Positions 13,515-27,030 of a stretch of DNA of 64,000 nt are shown here, piece by piece. The notes under the pieces were generated by a model. That model was not told the origin of the DNA and did not search any database. It saw only the letters and a program-made list of their open reading frames with translations. Every line of letters starts with the position of its first letter. Position 1 is the stretch's first letter. Both the position numbers and the translations under genes were made by a program. This stretch comes from Eledone cirrhosa (lineage: Eukaryota), in the NCBI GenBank assembly GCA_964016885.1, contig OZ024752.1, positions 496,001-560,000 of the forward strand. The letters run 5' to 3'.

Positions 13515-13731
13515 TAAAATAACAGATTAAAGTTTAAGCAAAGCATCGCTGCTTTCACCCTTAACGGGATCTTCTGAAGATCCCGTTAAGAGTGAAAGCA
13601 ACGATTCTTTGCTTAAACGTTTATCGGTTATTTTAATAAATATTTGCTCTACGGTTCTTATATATTTTATATATATTTATCCTTATCGAGCCCTCTTTGG
13701 ATTTTAGTCTTCAAATTTATTATTATTACTA
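13510..13731 (+). mobile_element. Fold-back PLE-type terminus (family C) with HHR-like motif
   Basis: 65-bp palindrome centred at 13575, bounded by AATAAA, followed by a ~90-bp tail, within (TA)n. Further copies at 19668, 37067, 61625 and 63535. Confidence 0.8.
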
Positions 13732-14138
13732 TATATACATAACGAAGGAAATGTGGTAAGGAACCAGATGGACCATAACGCACCAAAGTACTCAATATTT
13801 AGGGTAGTAAAGTGGGTAAAAATGATCACTCTACATGGCTGAATACACTAAATGTAATCTGAGCTTTTCGAATATTAATGATAATATTCGATTCGCTTGC
13901 AATTATGCAAACAGCCTCTTTTTTAAAGCCATGTCAGTAGAATGAGCCCCTCATTCTTTCTCTTATGTTGGCATGTAAACAGAACTGCAGGCACTAATGT
14001 TTCTGGGTATTACCCTTCATCAGTGCAGTTCAATGTTCACCTGCCAATTGTCAGAGCTAGTGAAAATATATTTTGGAAAATATCATACATTTTCACTAGC
14101 TCTGACAGTTGGCAGGGGCATGTATATATCTGTATATA

Positions 14139-14560
14139 TATAATAAAATACAACAACGACGAGTGATTACTCCTTCATTACGTTTATTGGTTGGTGGCGC
14201 GCGTTTAGCCACTGATCAGCTCAAAGTTCGATCTGTATCGATCTAGCCCAACTCTGTAATCCACAGCTCGTCAGACCCTTTTAGTGGTAATGAAAAAAAT
14301 ATTATACTTCACCACTAAAAGGGGTCTGACGAGCCGTGGATTACAGAGTCGGGTTAGATCGATACAGCTCGAACCTTGAGCTGATGGGTGGCGAAACGCG
14401 CGCCACCAACCAATAAACGTAATGAAGGAGTAACCACTTGTCCTTGTTGTATTTTATTATACAACACTCTGTCTAGCTCTACACCTCAACACAGAAGTGA
14501 ACGTAAACATCGAGTGCTCACCCGGATGAACCTATAGTAACTCCACGTTACACTCCCTGG
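14139..14560 (+). mobile_element. Fold-back PLE-type terminus (family D) with extended HHR
   Basis: Arms at 14139-14288 and 14310-14461, plus a tail. Motif GGT-CTGACGA...GC-GAAAC-GCGC-GCC-ACC. Homologue at 26180-26310. Confidence 0.75.
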
Positions 14561-14800
14561 ATATAATGTCTCTATTTATAAAACAAATTTTGTATTTTAT
14601 CTGAAGAAAGCGTACCAAAGTCTTTTGGTACCATTGAAATATATATAATATAATAAATATGGTTTTATAAATATAGTTTCCATTTATTTAATTAATATCA
14701 TTTAATTTTTACTCCAGGAACTTGTTGAGTGCTCTAAATCAGTTATAAACATTTATATTTATATTTGTCGGATTTCCAACAAATTAAATACCCCCTTCTA

Positions 14801-14802
<2 letters not shown>

Positions 14803-14869
<67 letters not shown>

Positions 14870-15281
14870 GTATATATATATGCATATATGTATATATATG
14901 TTTATATATATGTATATATATATGTTTATATATATGTGTATATATATGTATATATATATGTTTATATATATATATATATATGTTTATATATATGTTTATA
15001 TATATATATATATATATGTTTATATATATGTTTATATATATATATATATGTTTATATATATATATGTTTATGTATATATATGTATATATATATGTTTATA
15101 TATATATATATGTTTATATATATATGTTTATATATATATATATATATGTTTATATATATATGTTTATGTATATATATGTATATATATGTTAATATATATA
15201 TATATATGTTTATATATATATATATATATGTTTATATATATATATATATGTTTATATATATATGTTTATATATATATATAT

Positions 15282-15326
<45 letters not shown>

Positions 15327-15354
15327 TATATATATATATGTTTATATATATATG

Positions 15355-15389
<35 letters not shown>

Positions 15390-15490
15390 GTTTATATATA
15401 TATATATATATTTATATATACATATATATTATCTAGACATACACGCGCGCGCACACATACGCACACACACATATATATATGTATGTATGT

Positions 15491-15579
<89 letters not shown>
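14803..15579. repeat. Degenerate (TA)n tract with TGTT/TG interruptions
   Basis: Direct reading. Confidence 0.95.
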
Positions 15580-15580
<1 letters not shown>

Positions 15581-16167
15581 CAAGAAGAACGTAAGAACAA
15601 AAGAAATATAGAAAAAAAAAGCAGATGTGGATGTGATTCAGAATGGAAAGAATTCAAAATTGCTAGAGGTGGCGACAGTATAACAACAAATCGTATTTTG
15701 TTGTTGGTGTTGTTGTAGTTTTTATTGTTGCTGTTTTTATTGTTGTTGTTTTTGTTGTTGCTTTTCTTTTGTATTGTTTTCACAACAATGGTAGAAAATA
15801 TTTAACTGAGAACAAAAACAAAACAAGCCCAAATATTTTTTTAAGAAGCAGAAGTTATGAGTATGGAGGCTCTTTGGTCCAGGAAATCAGAGTGAAAGAG
15901 AAATATGTTTACAATGTTAAGAATAATGTTATTTAATACTGTACTCTTAGGTATAAGAGTACAGTATTATGTTTGTCTTGAACACAATTTCTCAACTAAA
16001 ATGTTGATGTGAGAAGCGTTCTTATGCGAGAAAATATGCCACAAAAAAAAAAAAATCATTGATAGACTTCGATATGACGTGATGGGGTTTGTGTTTTCTG
16101 TGTTTATTGCAACAGCATAAAGACCACAGAATGTCACACATTTGGCATTATGGATCACCGACACCAG

Positions 16168-16502
16168 AGGCGAATTGGCAGTAACTTTTGAATGTCGGAT
16201 AGAATGCTTTGCAGTATTCCTTTCAACTACCACTATCTGAGTTCAAATCCCGCCGAGGTTTACTTTGCCTTTCATCTATTCGAGATCAATAAAAAAGATA
16301 CCAGTCTAGTACAGGGGTCGATTCTTCTTCTGTATCTCTTTCTCACTTCCATTCTCTCATTCTCTATCCTTCTCTGGAAGAAATCTACTGTATTCAGACC
16401 TGGAAAGAAGATGGGCTCCACCAGGTTTTAAAATGCCCTAGAAATGTCATATGTTAATACAGCGCCCCAATGACTCCTACAGGAGTTACGGGACCATGCA
16501 TG
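16168..16502 (+). mobile_element. SINE of the major family with an alternative longer 3' tail
   Basis: SINE head and body are followed by a tail ending ...GGAGTTACGGGACCATGCATG. Reverse-strand relatives lie at 58105-58345 and 12295-12520. Confidence 0.65.
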
Positions 16503-17758
16503 TCCCCGAAACACCTCCATGCTCACGTCTATTGGGATAGAAATGGCCATCCATAAGAACTAGTCCCAGGAGTTGCACTAGCTCTTCCAGCACGTTTTCG
16601 TCGACAACCAGTCCATTAGGACGCTAAATTATTTTCATAACATGCTATGATCTTCTTTGTTTATTGCGTTCAGGAAATGAAATATTTTTTCACTTAAAAA
16701 ATTGCAAAGAAAAAACAGTGTGCCTAATAATAAAGAAATCCTTATTTTGTTGTATTTATATTTTATATAGACAGTTATATAAATGAAGCATCTCAAACGA
16801 GAAAGAGAAATCAAGACGTGGTATCAAATCACCACGAATTTAGCCCTACTCTGTCGTAATCTCAATACTGAGTATGTAACATATTGGCTTGCATTGTATG
16901 AGTAATATATATTGTTGGCGTGGGATTTTTTCCTCTTTTTATGTCAAGAGGAAGAATGTGACAAACAATATTATGGATAGCACTGTTGTGGCTGTGAAAC
17001 ACAGCAAAAAACAAAACAAACAAAAAAAATATTGTGTAAAAAAATTCTATCAACTGGGTGCAGAATGCATCAACATTTTTCACAGTTAATCTGTAATGAT
17101 TCATGAGTAGAAAAAATTAATTAAAATGTAAGACGATTTTCGAATACGTATATATATTTCATATATCAACAAATTTTGTAAATCATATAAATCTTACTAC
17201 AATGGTATCAATGTATGTCGGTAAAACTACCGCTATTACTACATTTTCTATTTCTGTTTCCCTAACACTACCGCTACTACTATGTTTACTGTTGTTGTTT
17301 CTCTATCTTGTAAATGTCCCATTACAGCATTTTCTATAACCCCTTCATTGGTAACATTAACATGATCATTCCAAGAAATTCCCTGTATTGATTTTATTCA
17401 GAGATTGTGTAAAAAAAATAAAAAAATAATCTTTTGGGCGAATGGTAGCTAAACTTTTCCATGTCTAACTGACATATGTATATGCATGTGGGTAGGGGAT
17501 AGACAGCGACAAACATTTTTAAGGTCCACGGAAATGCTTTGATGGGCACACAGTGAAATATCTAGAGTGGCACATCAAAGACTAGCTGCACCAGTTACGG
17601 AAGCTTGATTGACTGATATGTATATGTATGTATAAATAAAATACACACACACAACACACACGCATATATATATATATACACACACATGTATATATAAATA
17701 TATAAACATACATACACACACACATATATATAACATACATATACACACATACACCCCC

Positions 17759-17795
<37 letters not shown>

Positions 17796-17804
17796 GACAC
17801 ACAC

Positions 17805-17858
<54 letters not shown>

Positions 17859-17872
17859 TCGCACACACACAC

Positions 17873-19571
17873 TTGATCTCGCTCCTTTCGAAGCGGACCT
17901 TCTTGACTTAGTCGCTAACATTTCCTTTCGCAAACAATCTAACACCTTCCAAAACAAACTTAGAAATGGCATAAGAAATTTAGGTCTTCTACTAACACTT
18001 TCGTCCTTTCTGACAAAACTAATAACATTTACGAAGTTGAAAACACTGCATACAGCCACTTGGCACGTAACGCCAAACCTCTAAATATAAGAAGGCTGAT
18101 CTCACGGCCTACTACGATATCAATACAGAAGCCAAACACCTTGGCTGGACAAAGAAGTCAACTACTTCAGAACTATTCGTGCGACGTATCAATGGGATCT
18201 CGATAGTGCTGATGTATGCGACTTGGTTGGCTTATTTATTTTAGATATGTTACGGACTTCCACACGGGATTATACCGCGACGATGGTCTGACCCCATCGA
18301 GCCATAAAAGTGGTCACGACCTGGACCGTTTTAAAAAAGAATTAATTACTACTTTTAATGAGTTAGGACTTAGGATAAAGGTAGCTATCAACCTCACTAG
18401 CGTAGATTACTTAGACATATATTTAGATCTTCACACACACAACTTTAGACCCTCTCATAAACTAAATGAAAAACTAATTATATATACAAGGACTCATGCC
18501 ACCCTCCTATAGTTTTTAAAAACTTCGTGAATAATATCGGTACTAGAATCTCTAAGCTCTCCTCTAATAAAACAATCTTTGACAGAGCGGCACCCTACGA
18601 CAACGCGGCGTTAGCTAACAACGGCTTCTGGCAACCAACTAGTTACTCTCCTGCTAACACCTACCCCAATAAGAAAAGAAATCTTGCTAATAGAAAACAA
18701 TTTGGTTCTCCCCACCTTTCTCACTCAACGTCAAAACTAATGTAGGAAATGTTTTTTTTTAGCTCTCTAGGTCTCATAGGTCACAAATACCGCTCCATCT
18801 TTAACAAACACAGGGTGAAACTAAGATATTCCTGTGCTAAGAATATGAAGGCCCACATCACCAACAGCCCTAAGAGCAGCACTCCGCCAGGATGCTCTTG
18901 CCGAAAGCCCGAAACTTGTCCCCTTCAACAACAATGTCACACACCCGCTGTAATTTACGAAGCTATGGTCACTTATAACCGACCAAATAAAAAAAACAAG
19001 AGGTTAAATCCTATGTAGGTATGGTGGAGGGCCGGTTTAAGGAACGCTTCCTGAACAATCAGTCGACCTTGAGATACCTGGACAAACGATCATCCACGAA
19101 ACTCGCGAGCCATGTATAGTTCCTCAAGGACTCAGGCGTAGATTACTCCATCCAATAGAAAGCTGTTACTAAGTCTAAGTCATACGCAAGGAGGAATCCG
19201 TCTTGTGGGCTGGGCATTGAAGAAAGGATCAATATCCTGAGAAGATTACGTAATAGCGATTGCATAAATTCCCGGAATGAACTTTTTTCCCGTTGTCCAC
19301 ACCTATTACATAATTACAAAGCTCCAGATTGACTAACATCAACAATCTATAATATTCTGAATAACATGAATAATTTATTCCGGTCATCCTCAGTTATCTC
19401 CCTACAACGATCTATTGTGGGTTTACACCCCCTGGAAAAGTGACAGTTTTTGCACGTGCGTATTCGTGCGGTTGTTTTTCCTTTTCCGTACATCTTCATT
19501 TAGACCAAGCTGAGGATCCGAATAAGGTGAAACATTTGTTCTTGGTATGGTGAATTAACTGTTATGGAGTA

Positions 19572-19573
<2 letters not shown>
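17873..19573 (+). mobile_element. Degenerate, internally deleted Penelope-like element (Hydra-clade-like)
   Basis: RT remnants [54 protein letters not shown]. Endonuclease remnant CSCRKPETCPL..C..VIY...YVG...FKERF...INSRNE..RCPH. A 3' HHR is followed by (TA)n. Confidence 0.85.
19504..19546 (+). ncRNA. Type I hammerhead ribozyme in PLE 3' pseudo-LTR
   Basis: Stem I ACCAAG/CTTGGT, core CTGAGGA, stem II T-CC..GG-T, GAAA, stem III ACA/TGT, GUU triplet. Confidence 0.75.
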
Positions 19574-19667
<94 letters not shown>

Positions 19668-19668
<1 letters not shown>

Positions 19669-20069
19669 TTATTAAAATAACAGATTAAAGTTTAAGCAAA
19701 GAATCGCTGCTTTCACCCTTAACGGGATCTTCTGAAACTAACAAAGTCAATCTGTAAACGCATAAGTAAATATTTCGAAAAACGTTGCAACCGGAGGAAG
19801 ACAGGAAGACGATACTTTGGTTCGTGGAAACGTTCGCTGGCAAAGAACGGGAAAAAACGAATATAATACGTCATTAATAGGAGCGGTGAAAAACAATTGC
19901 ACGCAAAGACAAAACCACGTAAATGGTATAGCAGAAGTCATAGACTAAAATTCTAACTAGGAAACCGAATGAATCTCCGCTAATATTTGCTCTACGGTTC
20001 TTATATATTTGATATATATTTATCCTTATCGAGCCCTCTTTGGATTTTAGTCTTCAAATTTATTATTAT

Positions 20070-20072
<3 letters not shown>
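19668..20072 (+). mobile_element. Family C PLE-type insertion (long inverted arm plus tail)
   Basis: Starts like 13510 (TTTATTAAAATAACAG), has a ~310-bp antisense arm and the same tail. (TA)n on both sides. Confidence 0.8.
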
Positions 20073-20158
<86 letters not shown>

Positions 20159-23100
20159 GATTGATAGATAGCTATCATTGCTTACGTAAACATCCTTAAT
20201 TCGTTGAATTCTACCTGAACGTGTACCCGGATATCTCTTCAGATTACCAAAGGTTTCTCACTCATTTTCCTTCTATTCTGGTCGCCCAACTCTTCGTCAC
20301 TCTTCAATGACCAACGTTTTAACACTTTTCCTGCTACATCAAACGTTAAACTAATATATATAATCATTGTATTCTATTGTTCTCCCGTATTTTTCCTTTT
20401 TGACGTTTCTCTCTCTCTCTCTCGCTCTTTCTCTCTCTCTCACTACTGAATGAGATGGCTTGAGAGAGGGTGGTATGAGATTATTAGTCAGTTCCGGTGA
20501 GTAGTAGTTAATGTAGTAACAGTAAAAAGGACTGGATATGGAGATAACTTATGTACAAAGATCCGGAATAAGTGTTATTATGTCAGAAACAAAAACAAAC
20601 TAAATCATTAACTCTAACCCAATTCTAAGTTCAATTACTGCTGATGGTGATTCTATCCTTCGTACTTTCATAGTCAATAGAATAAATTATATTAAAACTC
20701 AAGTTCAGGGTCGATCCAGCAGACCCATGTCCCCGAAACTCAAGTTCAGGGTCGATCCAACAGACTGATCTCTCCCTAAAAATGTGCGTGCCCTTTGCAC
20801 GTATCTTCCATCCATTTGATATCACTAAAGTCAAGTATTACTGTCGATATATATGTCCCTACAAACGCGCGTCTGTTTCATGCTCCTGTATTCGTATTAT
20901 CAAACGATAAAGTGTCAGTCAAATACGGGGGTAGGTTTTTCCTCTCTTATTCTTTCTCTTGAGGAAATTGATTGTGTTGAAACCTGGAGATGAACTCTCT
21001 CAGGTTTTGATGTCTAAGACAGTGTACGTTACGATGGTGCACTAGCAACCCCACCGGGGTTTCAGAGCCAATGGTTAATCAGTAATATGAAGTCACTGTT
21101 GAGACCAGTTTTCCAATTCTATAATGAAAAATATCTATTTTCTAATGGGAGATATATATATATATAGAGAGAGAGAGAGAAAGATGGAGAGAGAGAGAGA
21201 GGGGGAAAGAGGGGGTGGAGAGGGGGGAGAGAGGGGAGAAAGGGGGAGAGAGAGATCAGTGTAATATAACATAGCAATGTGTTGCTTAAAACCAATGTGA
21301 AAAAACAACAGTAGCAAGAGTAGTAGTAGTAGTAGTAGCAGTAGCAGCAGTAGTAGTAGCAGTATTAACATCACCAGTAGTAGTAGTAGTAGTTATTGTT
21401 TGTTGTGAACGTAGCAGTTCTATGAATATCAACCAACAACATTATTTTTAAAGGCGGTTACTGTCACGTCAGAAATAAAGACTTCCATACACTCTAATTT
21501 GATGCCACTAAAACTGGAGCCACCCAGACAACAATATGTTCCCCCGAGTTGGCTCAGTTTCTTTAATGTATTCCAATATATAGGGCCCCAGTTTTTGTTG
21601 TTTTTGTTACTTGTTTCGAGTGTCAACTTGTTAATTCAGGACTGTTCACTCCAATGTTTTTTTCACCTTCCTTCTTGATTTTCACTTTTATTTTAGTCAA
21701 TATTTTATTATCATTTTTCTTACTTTCTATTTTTCTTTATTTCTTTATCTATTTATTTTGTAATTTCTGTGGTGGGGGGCGTTGGAAATCGTTAAGATAT
21801 TCATTTATTTTCAGTTTAGCAGCCTTTTATCCCCTTTTGTTGTCTCTTATCTATTATCCGTGAGATTCGCCTTTCTTTTCAGAGGCAGATGTAATTTCTC
21901 CTCCAGTTCAATTCGTTCTCAGTTACACTAAAGCGATTGTTTGATTTTTCTTTTTCTTTTCTACAAAGTTAATACACAAAGCGACGGTAATGCCATCATG
22001 CCTACGCACTGTATTTAACCTTTCCTTTAACCATCGATAAATATAGGGTACATTCAGCTAATTTTGTGTCAAAGGTGAAAAAGAAATATTTAATCTATAT
22101 CAATGTTACAATTTCACCTAGATGCTAATATATATTTGTTTTTATAAAACCGAAGCAATAGTTCCTTCGTTTTGTGGATTAGCAGAATCGGTAGAGTGTC
22201 GGACACTCTGCTTCATGACACAGAGTTACGCCCCTTTACGTTCTGAATTCAAATCCCGCCGAGATTAGCTTTGCCTTTCATCCTCGCGGTATTCAGTTAT
22301 GACTTTCTAGGTATTGAGTTCAAGTGAACTGTCGAAGTCAACTTTGTTTAATCTTTTTGGGGTCGATAGAATAAAGTACGATCAAATTTTCCCATACCTT
22401 AAATTTTCTCACCTTGTGCAAATATTCTTATATCGATAACTAACTGGGAAAATTAGTATCATGTAGATTTGAACTCAAGCATGTCTTCAGTCAAAATAAA
22501 CTAATATTTTGAGGAGGCTTTACAATGCGGTGATCAGTCCCAATTCTAGATTTCTTATTATTTAATGTCTTAATGAGAGGAGAAAGGGCATCGTCCATTG
22601 ACCCCTTTAGGGGCCACTGTCACATAAGACAGAAGTAAGGACGGATGACGTTTTAAAGGATTCTATCTTTGGTTGGAACAAAGAAGGGAGATATATTCAG
22701 ACCGGAGACTCTTCCTGCTTCTTTGCAACAGAGCGGAACCACTAGACGGACTCAGATGTCAGGTAAAGGCATTACACTTGGTGACAAAATGTATGAGTTT
22801 AATTATTTCAGACTCACCATTCAGATAGTCAACTAATGTCAACTTTATTAGTTGTCTGCACTACATCTTGTTTGACATCAAAGAGATTCTAGATTCAACA
22901 GCAGCACTTTAACCCATAGATGAATTTAATAGAAAGCTTTGAATCAGATCAGATGCCTTGAAATTTTTAACCAGGATAAATCAGACGACAGCAGGACCAC
23001 AATTTATTATGAACGCTGCCAGACCTATCAACTCACCCCGTCCGACGGGGAGATCCCCTACCCACTTTGGGGTGGGTGAGAGATGTCTTCTCTTGTGAAA

Positions 23101-24510
23101 ATGAATATAGATTTCATTATGTAAAATCTCCCCATTTTGCTTCATTTCTCTCCGGTTTGGGGCATTTTCTTTTTCATGATACTCTCCATTTGGGTTTTTG
23201 GAGGTTGGCAGGTCTACGTTGCAATGTGTAAATAAGGATCGCTACTGCATTCGAACGATCATAATGATGCGTTCAATTCGCTGAAAAAGAGGGTGTATTG
23301 ATAGAAGCGGTATAATAGGAGGTAATCAAATATTTTATATTTCGTTACGTCCTAATTTCACATCCCACTGGGGTTCAAATTCGCCATTTATCCTAACGGT
23401 GGTCGATAAAGTATAGGTGGATTATACCTATCTCAAATATTTGTTAGAAACCAATATAATCGCCTATACACCACCAGCGCGTCTCTTGGTCTTTTAAACC
23501 AGGGGGAATCCCTCTCTCTTCAAGTTTGATTACATCCGATTTCATTCAGAAAACTGTAAGGGAGGAGAGAAAGCGACATGAGGAATCGATCCCAGTACTG
23601 GGCTGGTATTTTAATTATTGGACCCGAAAGGATGAAAGGTGAAGTGGGATTGTCTGAAAGCTGGAATGAATACCACAAAGCTATATATTTGACGCCTTAA
23701 CGATTCTACAATTCCACCGCCTAGTTCATGTTTCTTTGAGTAACGAAATGATGAAAAGCAAAGTTAAATCCTTGTTGTGATTTTAACTCCAAACGATACA
23801 AAACAATGTAAAGTATGTTTTGCATGGCACCTTACCGACTCTGTCAATAAGTATTCGTTTTATTGTATCTTTGCAGTCAATTATTATCCTAATGAAGATA
23901 ACAGAATTAATGAAATGAATCATCTTCTTTTACAATTGATATTCTCCTACATATCTGATGGGATTTAAACTAATAATGTAAATGAACTAGGTTAAACAAT
24001 AAAACATATAGCTATACGTGCCCTACCATCCCTGCTATGTAACACTCCCGACGTCTCTCTTTACAGTATTCAATGTTTAAAAACCGTAAATCATAAGGTT
24101 GTCTTTCTGCTTCTTTTATTTATCACAAGAAAAGGGAAAGAATTGTGAGAGGGAGGGGATAAAATTGTTATATATTTCCGAGAGGGGTGTGAGTAAGAAA
24201 TGTGAATGTACAAGCAAAGTATTTGGGGTGGGTTATATAGAATACATGTCCGCCGCCATACATTTTGCGTAATACAACATTGTTGTTTATTTCGCCTCTT
24301 CCCTTGTTTTATTGTTTATATTCCAAGATTTACTTCATGAAATATATCAGCAATTGTATATGATTTGGTGTGGTTTGGTATGTAAGTTAACTAGATGAAT
24401 GTAGGCATTCCGTCTTGTATTTCTCTCACACTCGCTCTCTTCCTTCCTCACCCCTTCCCCTCCCTGTCGTCATATATATATATATATATATAAATATGTA
24501 TGTATAGCAA

Positions 24511-24543
<33 letters not shown>

Positions 24544-24563
24544 CTAGATCGCTCTCTCTCTCT

Positions 24564-24895
<332 letters not shown>

Positions 24896-24959
24896 ATTTG
24901 ATCTTATTTTGTTTACTCCAGTAAGAATAGAAGGCACAGAGGAAAACAAATACTCTGTT

Positions 24960-25340
24960 GGATCTTTCATGGGGGAACCGCCTTTTGTTCTTGACCATAG
25001 TGCCTGTCAATGCCCCTTTAATTAACTCACTAATTCGGTCTCAGTAAGCCTTTGTAAGCCGGGAATGGCATAACAAATTGCGTTGAGGGTAGCACTTCGT
25101 TGTCCATCCTGGTTTTCCTCTTTAGGTAAAACTTGAAAAAGACAATAAGAGCGTCACCAAAAAGGAAAGTGCCCCTTTTCATCCCCTTCAGACGCGTTCA
25201 CCATACTAACTCTTTCATCACGGCCACCAGGCAGATAAAAACAGCCTTCCCTTCCTGGAAGGGCGGTGAGGCGATCTTCATGATGGATTCAGCTGATAGA
25301 TGGATCCGCCCTACATGCGACAGCAGATGTTCGACATGAA
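24960..25340 (-). pseudogene. L1/Tx1-like LINE 3' end (ORF2 C-terminus plus UTR)
   Basis: Minus-strand translation VEHLLSHVGRIHLSAESI...FICLVAVMKELVW*TRLK...FFKFYLKRK..D..VL..TQF resembles the K..IW..R C-terminal motif of Tx1/L1 ORF2. Confidence 0.5.
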
Positions 25341-25367
25341 ATCCAAAATAATAATGATGATAATAAT

Positions 25368-25541
25368 AATTGTTTCTACTTTTGGCACAAGGCCAGCAAT
25401 TACTATATTACTGGTACTTTATTTTATCGACTCCGTAAGGATGAAAGGCAAAGTTAACCTCGGCGGGATTTGAACTCAGACCATAAATGGCCGTAACTCT
25501 TTGCTGCAAAGCATGGCATCCGACCCTCTACTGATACTGCC
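25368..25541 (-). mobile_element. tRNA-derived SINE (major family)
   Basis: Reverse complement of the 13254 consensus. Confidence 0.85.
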
Positions 25542-25733
25542 ATAATGTTTATAGGTTACAAGTGTCCCGTAATACATAGAAATGTAACGTTGAATGTGGG
25601 TATTACAAAAGCTGTGGGGACGGATAATTCATATTTATAAAAGCGAAAATAGCAAAGATGTTATTTAATAAACATAACAAAATATGATATGGATTTAAAG
25701 CGCGCATGTATGTGTCTTTGCGTGTATATATAT

Positions 25734-25963
25734 ATAAATGTTTAATATAGAAAAGCTTCTACAGAACTAGAACTGTTTCATTTGTGAGCAATCATCAGGA
25801 AGCTGACTGTCCAAGAAAGTTTGACTTATTTGGACAGTCAGCTTCCTGATGATTTCTCACGAATGAAACAGTTCTAGTCCTGTAGAAGATTTTCTATATT
25901 AAACATTTATACTCTGCTTTGTATTGAGTACTTTACTTACTGTGGTTACCCCCGATTGAACTC

Positions 25964-25968
<5 letters not shown>
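25734..25968 (+). mobile_element. Fold-back PLE-type terminus (family H) with HHR-like core
   Basis: ~80-bp arms at 25734-25814 and 25830-25911. Core CTGATGA-T-TTC-TCAC-GAA-T-GAAAC...GTC. The tail runs into (TA)n. Second fold-back copy at 29440-29540 and a tail-only copy at 28527-28593 (-). Confidence 0.75.
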
Positions 25969-26045
<77 letters not shown>

Positions 26046-26423
26046 AAAGAAATCGAAAATGCAGCAGAATATTTATATATTTCCTTTACCGGTTTCACAG
26101 TTCTTATACTTTTCAAAAGTAGAATTGAGATGATGGCTCATTCTGCCAATAAATTCAAAAAAGAAATATATATACTACAACAGAAGTCCGACGAGCTTTT
26201 GATTCCAGAGTCGGGACAGAACGATGCAGATCGAACCTTGAGCTGATCAATAGCGAAACGCGTGTCAGCAATCAATAAACGTAATGAAGGCTTAATAAAT
26301 CGTCTTTGTATTATTAAAATAAAGTACCAGTAATGCACTGGGTAATTGCTGGCCTTGTGCCAAAAGTAGAAACAATTATGTATGTATGTATGTATGTATG
26401 TATGTATGTATGTATGTATGTAT

Positions 26424-27030
26424 GTCAGGTCACCAGTTGGTGCTACTGGTAACATGTATCCCAGTACAACCTGTCTCATGGTCGGGTCGTTGGCGACTAA
26501 ACTGGAAACCCCACCAAGGTTTCTTGGTGAGGAGGGTGACTTTAGACATCCTGCAGGACTAAAAACAAAACCTGTCAAAGGGCAAAGGAGCTCTTAAGAG
26601 TAAATGGCCATCCAAAATCACCGGTAGAGATGACCCCTTAGCCTTTGTCAAGGCAGAATTCTAGGAGAAGGAAAACTCTGATATAACACCTGCAACCCTG
26701 ATGGTATCCAATGATGTTGACTTGTTCTTCTTTTTGGTAAATATCATCTTAGTTAAGAGAGTGTGACTGGCTTTGTGCAGTGCCTTTGCTCACTATAAAA
26801 GCTTCAAGGCATTGCTTTATATCTGGAGATATCTCTGCACTTGTCATCACATGGTACCATGGGCCCAGCACTATCTGTCAGTAATTGTCACAAGTGTAGT
26901 GTTTGTACCAGGGTTTTCAAGTCGCTGGCTGGATTAAAAAGTCACACTCGTTAAGCGCATCGGTAAGGGTTCTCCTACATGGATATAAAGTAGTGGCCGT
27001 ACTCGAAAACGAGTTGGCAGCCACCATGTA
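26424..27030 (+). mobile_element. Bipartite non-autonomous RTE-LINE derivative
   Basis: An RTE-like 5'UTR (…CTAGGAGAAGGAAAACTCTGA…) is joined to an ORF end CSVCTRVFKSLAGLKSHTR*AH (C2H2). The 3' hairpin CTCG..CGAG-GGCAGCC is followed by (TATG)n. A truncated tandem copy is at 27038-27226 and a relative at 56455-56882. Confidence 0.6.
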
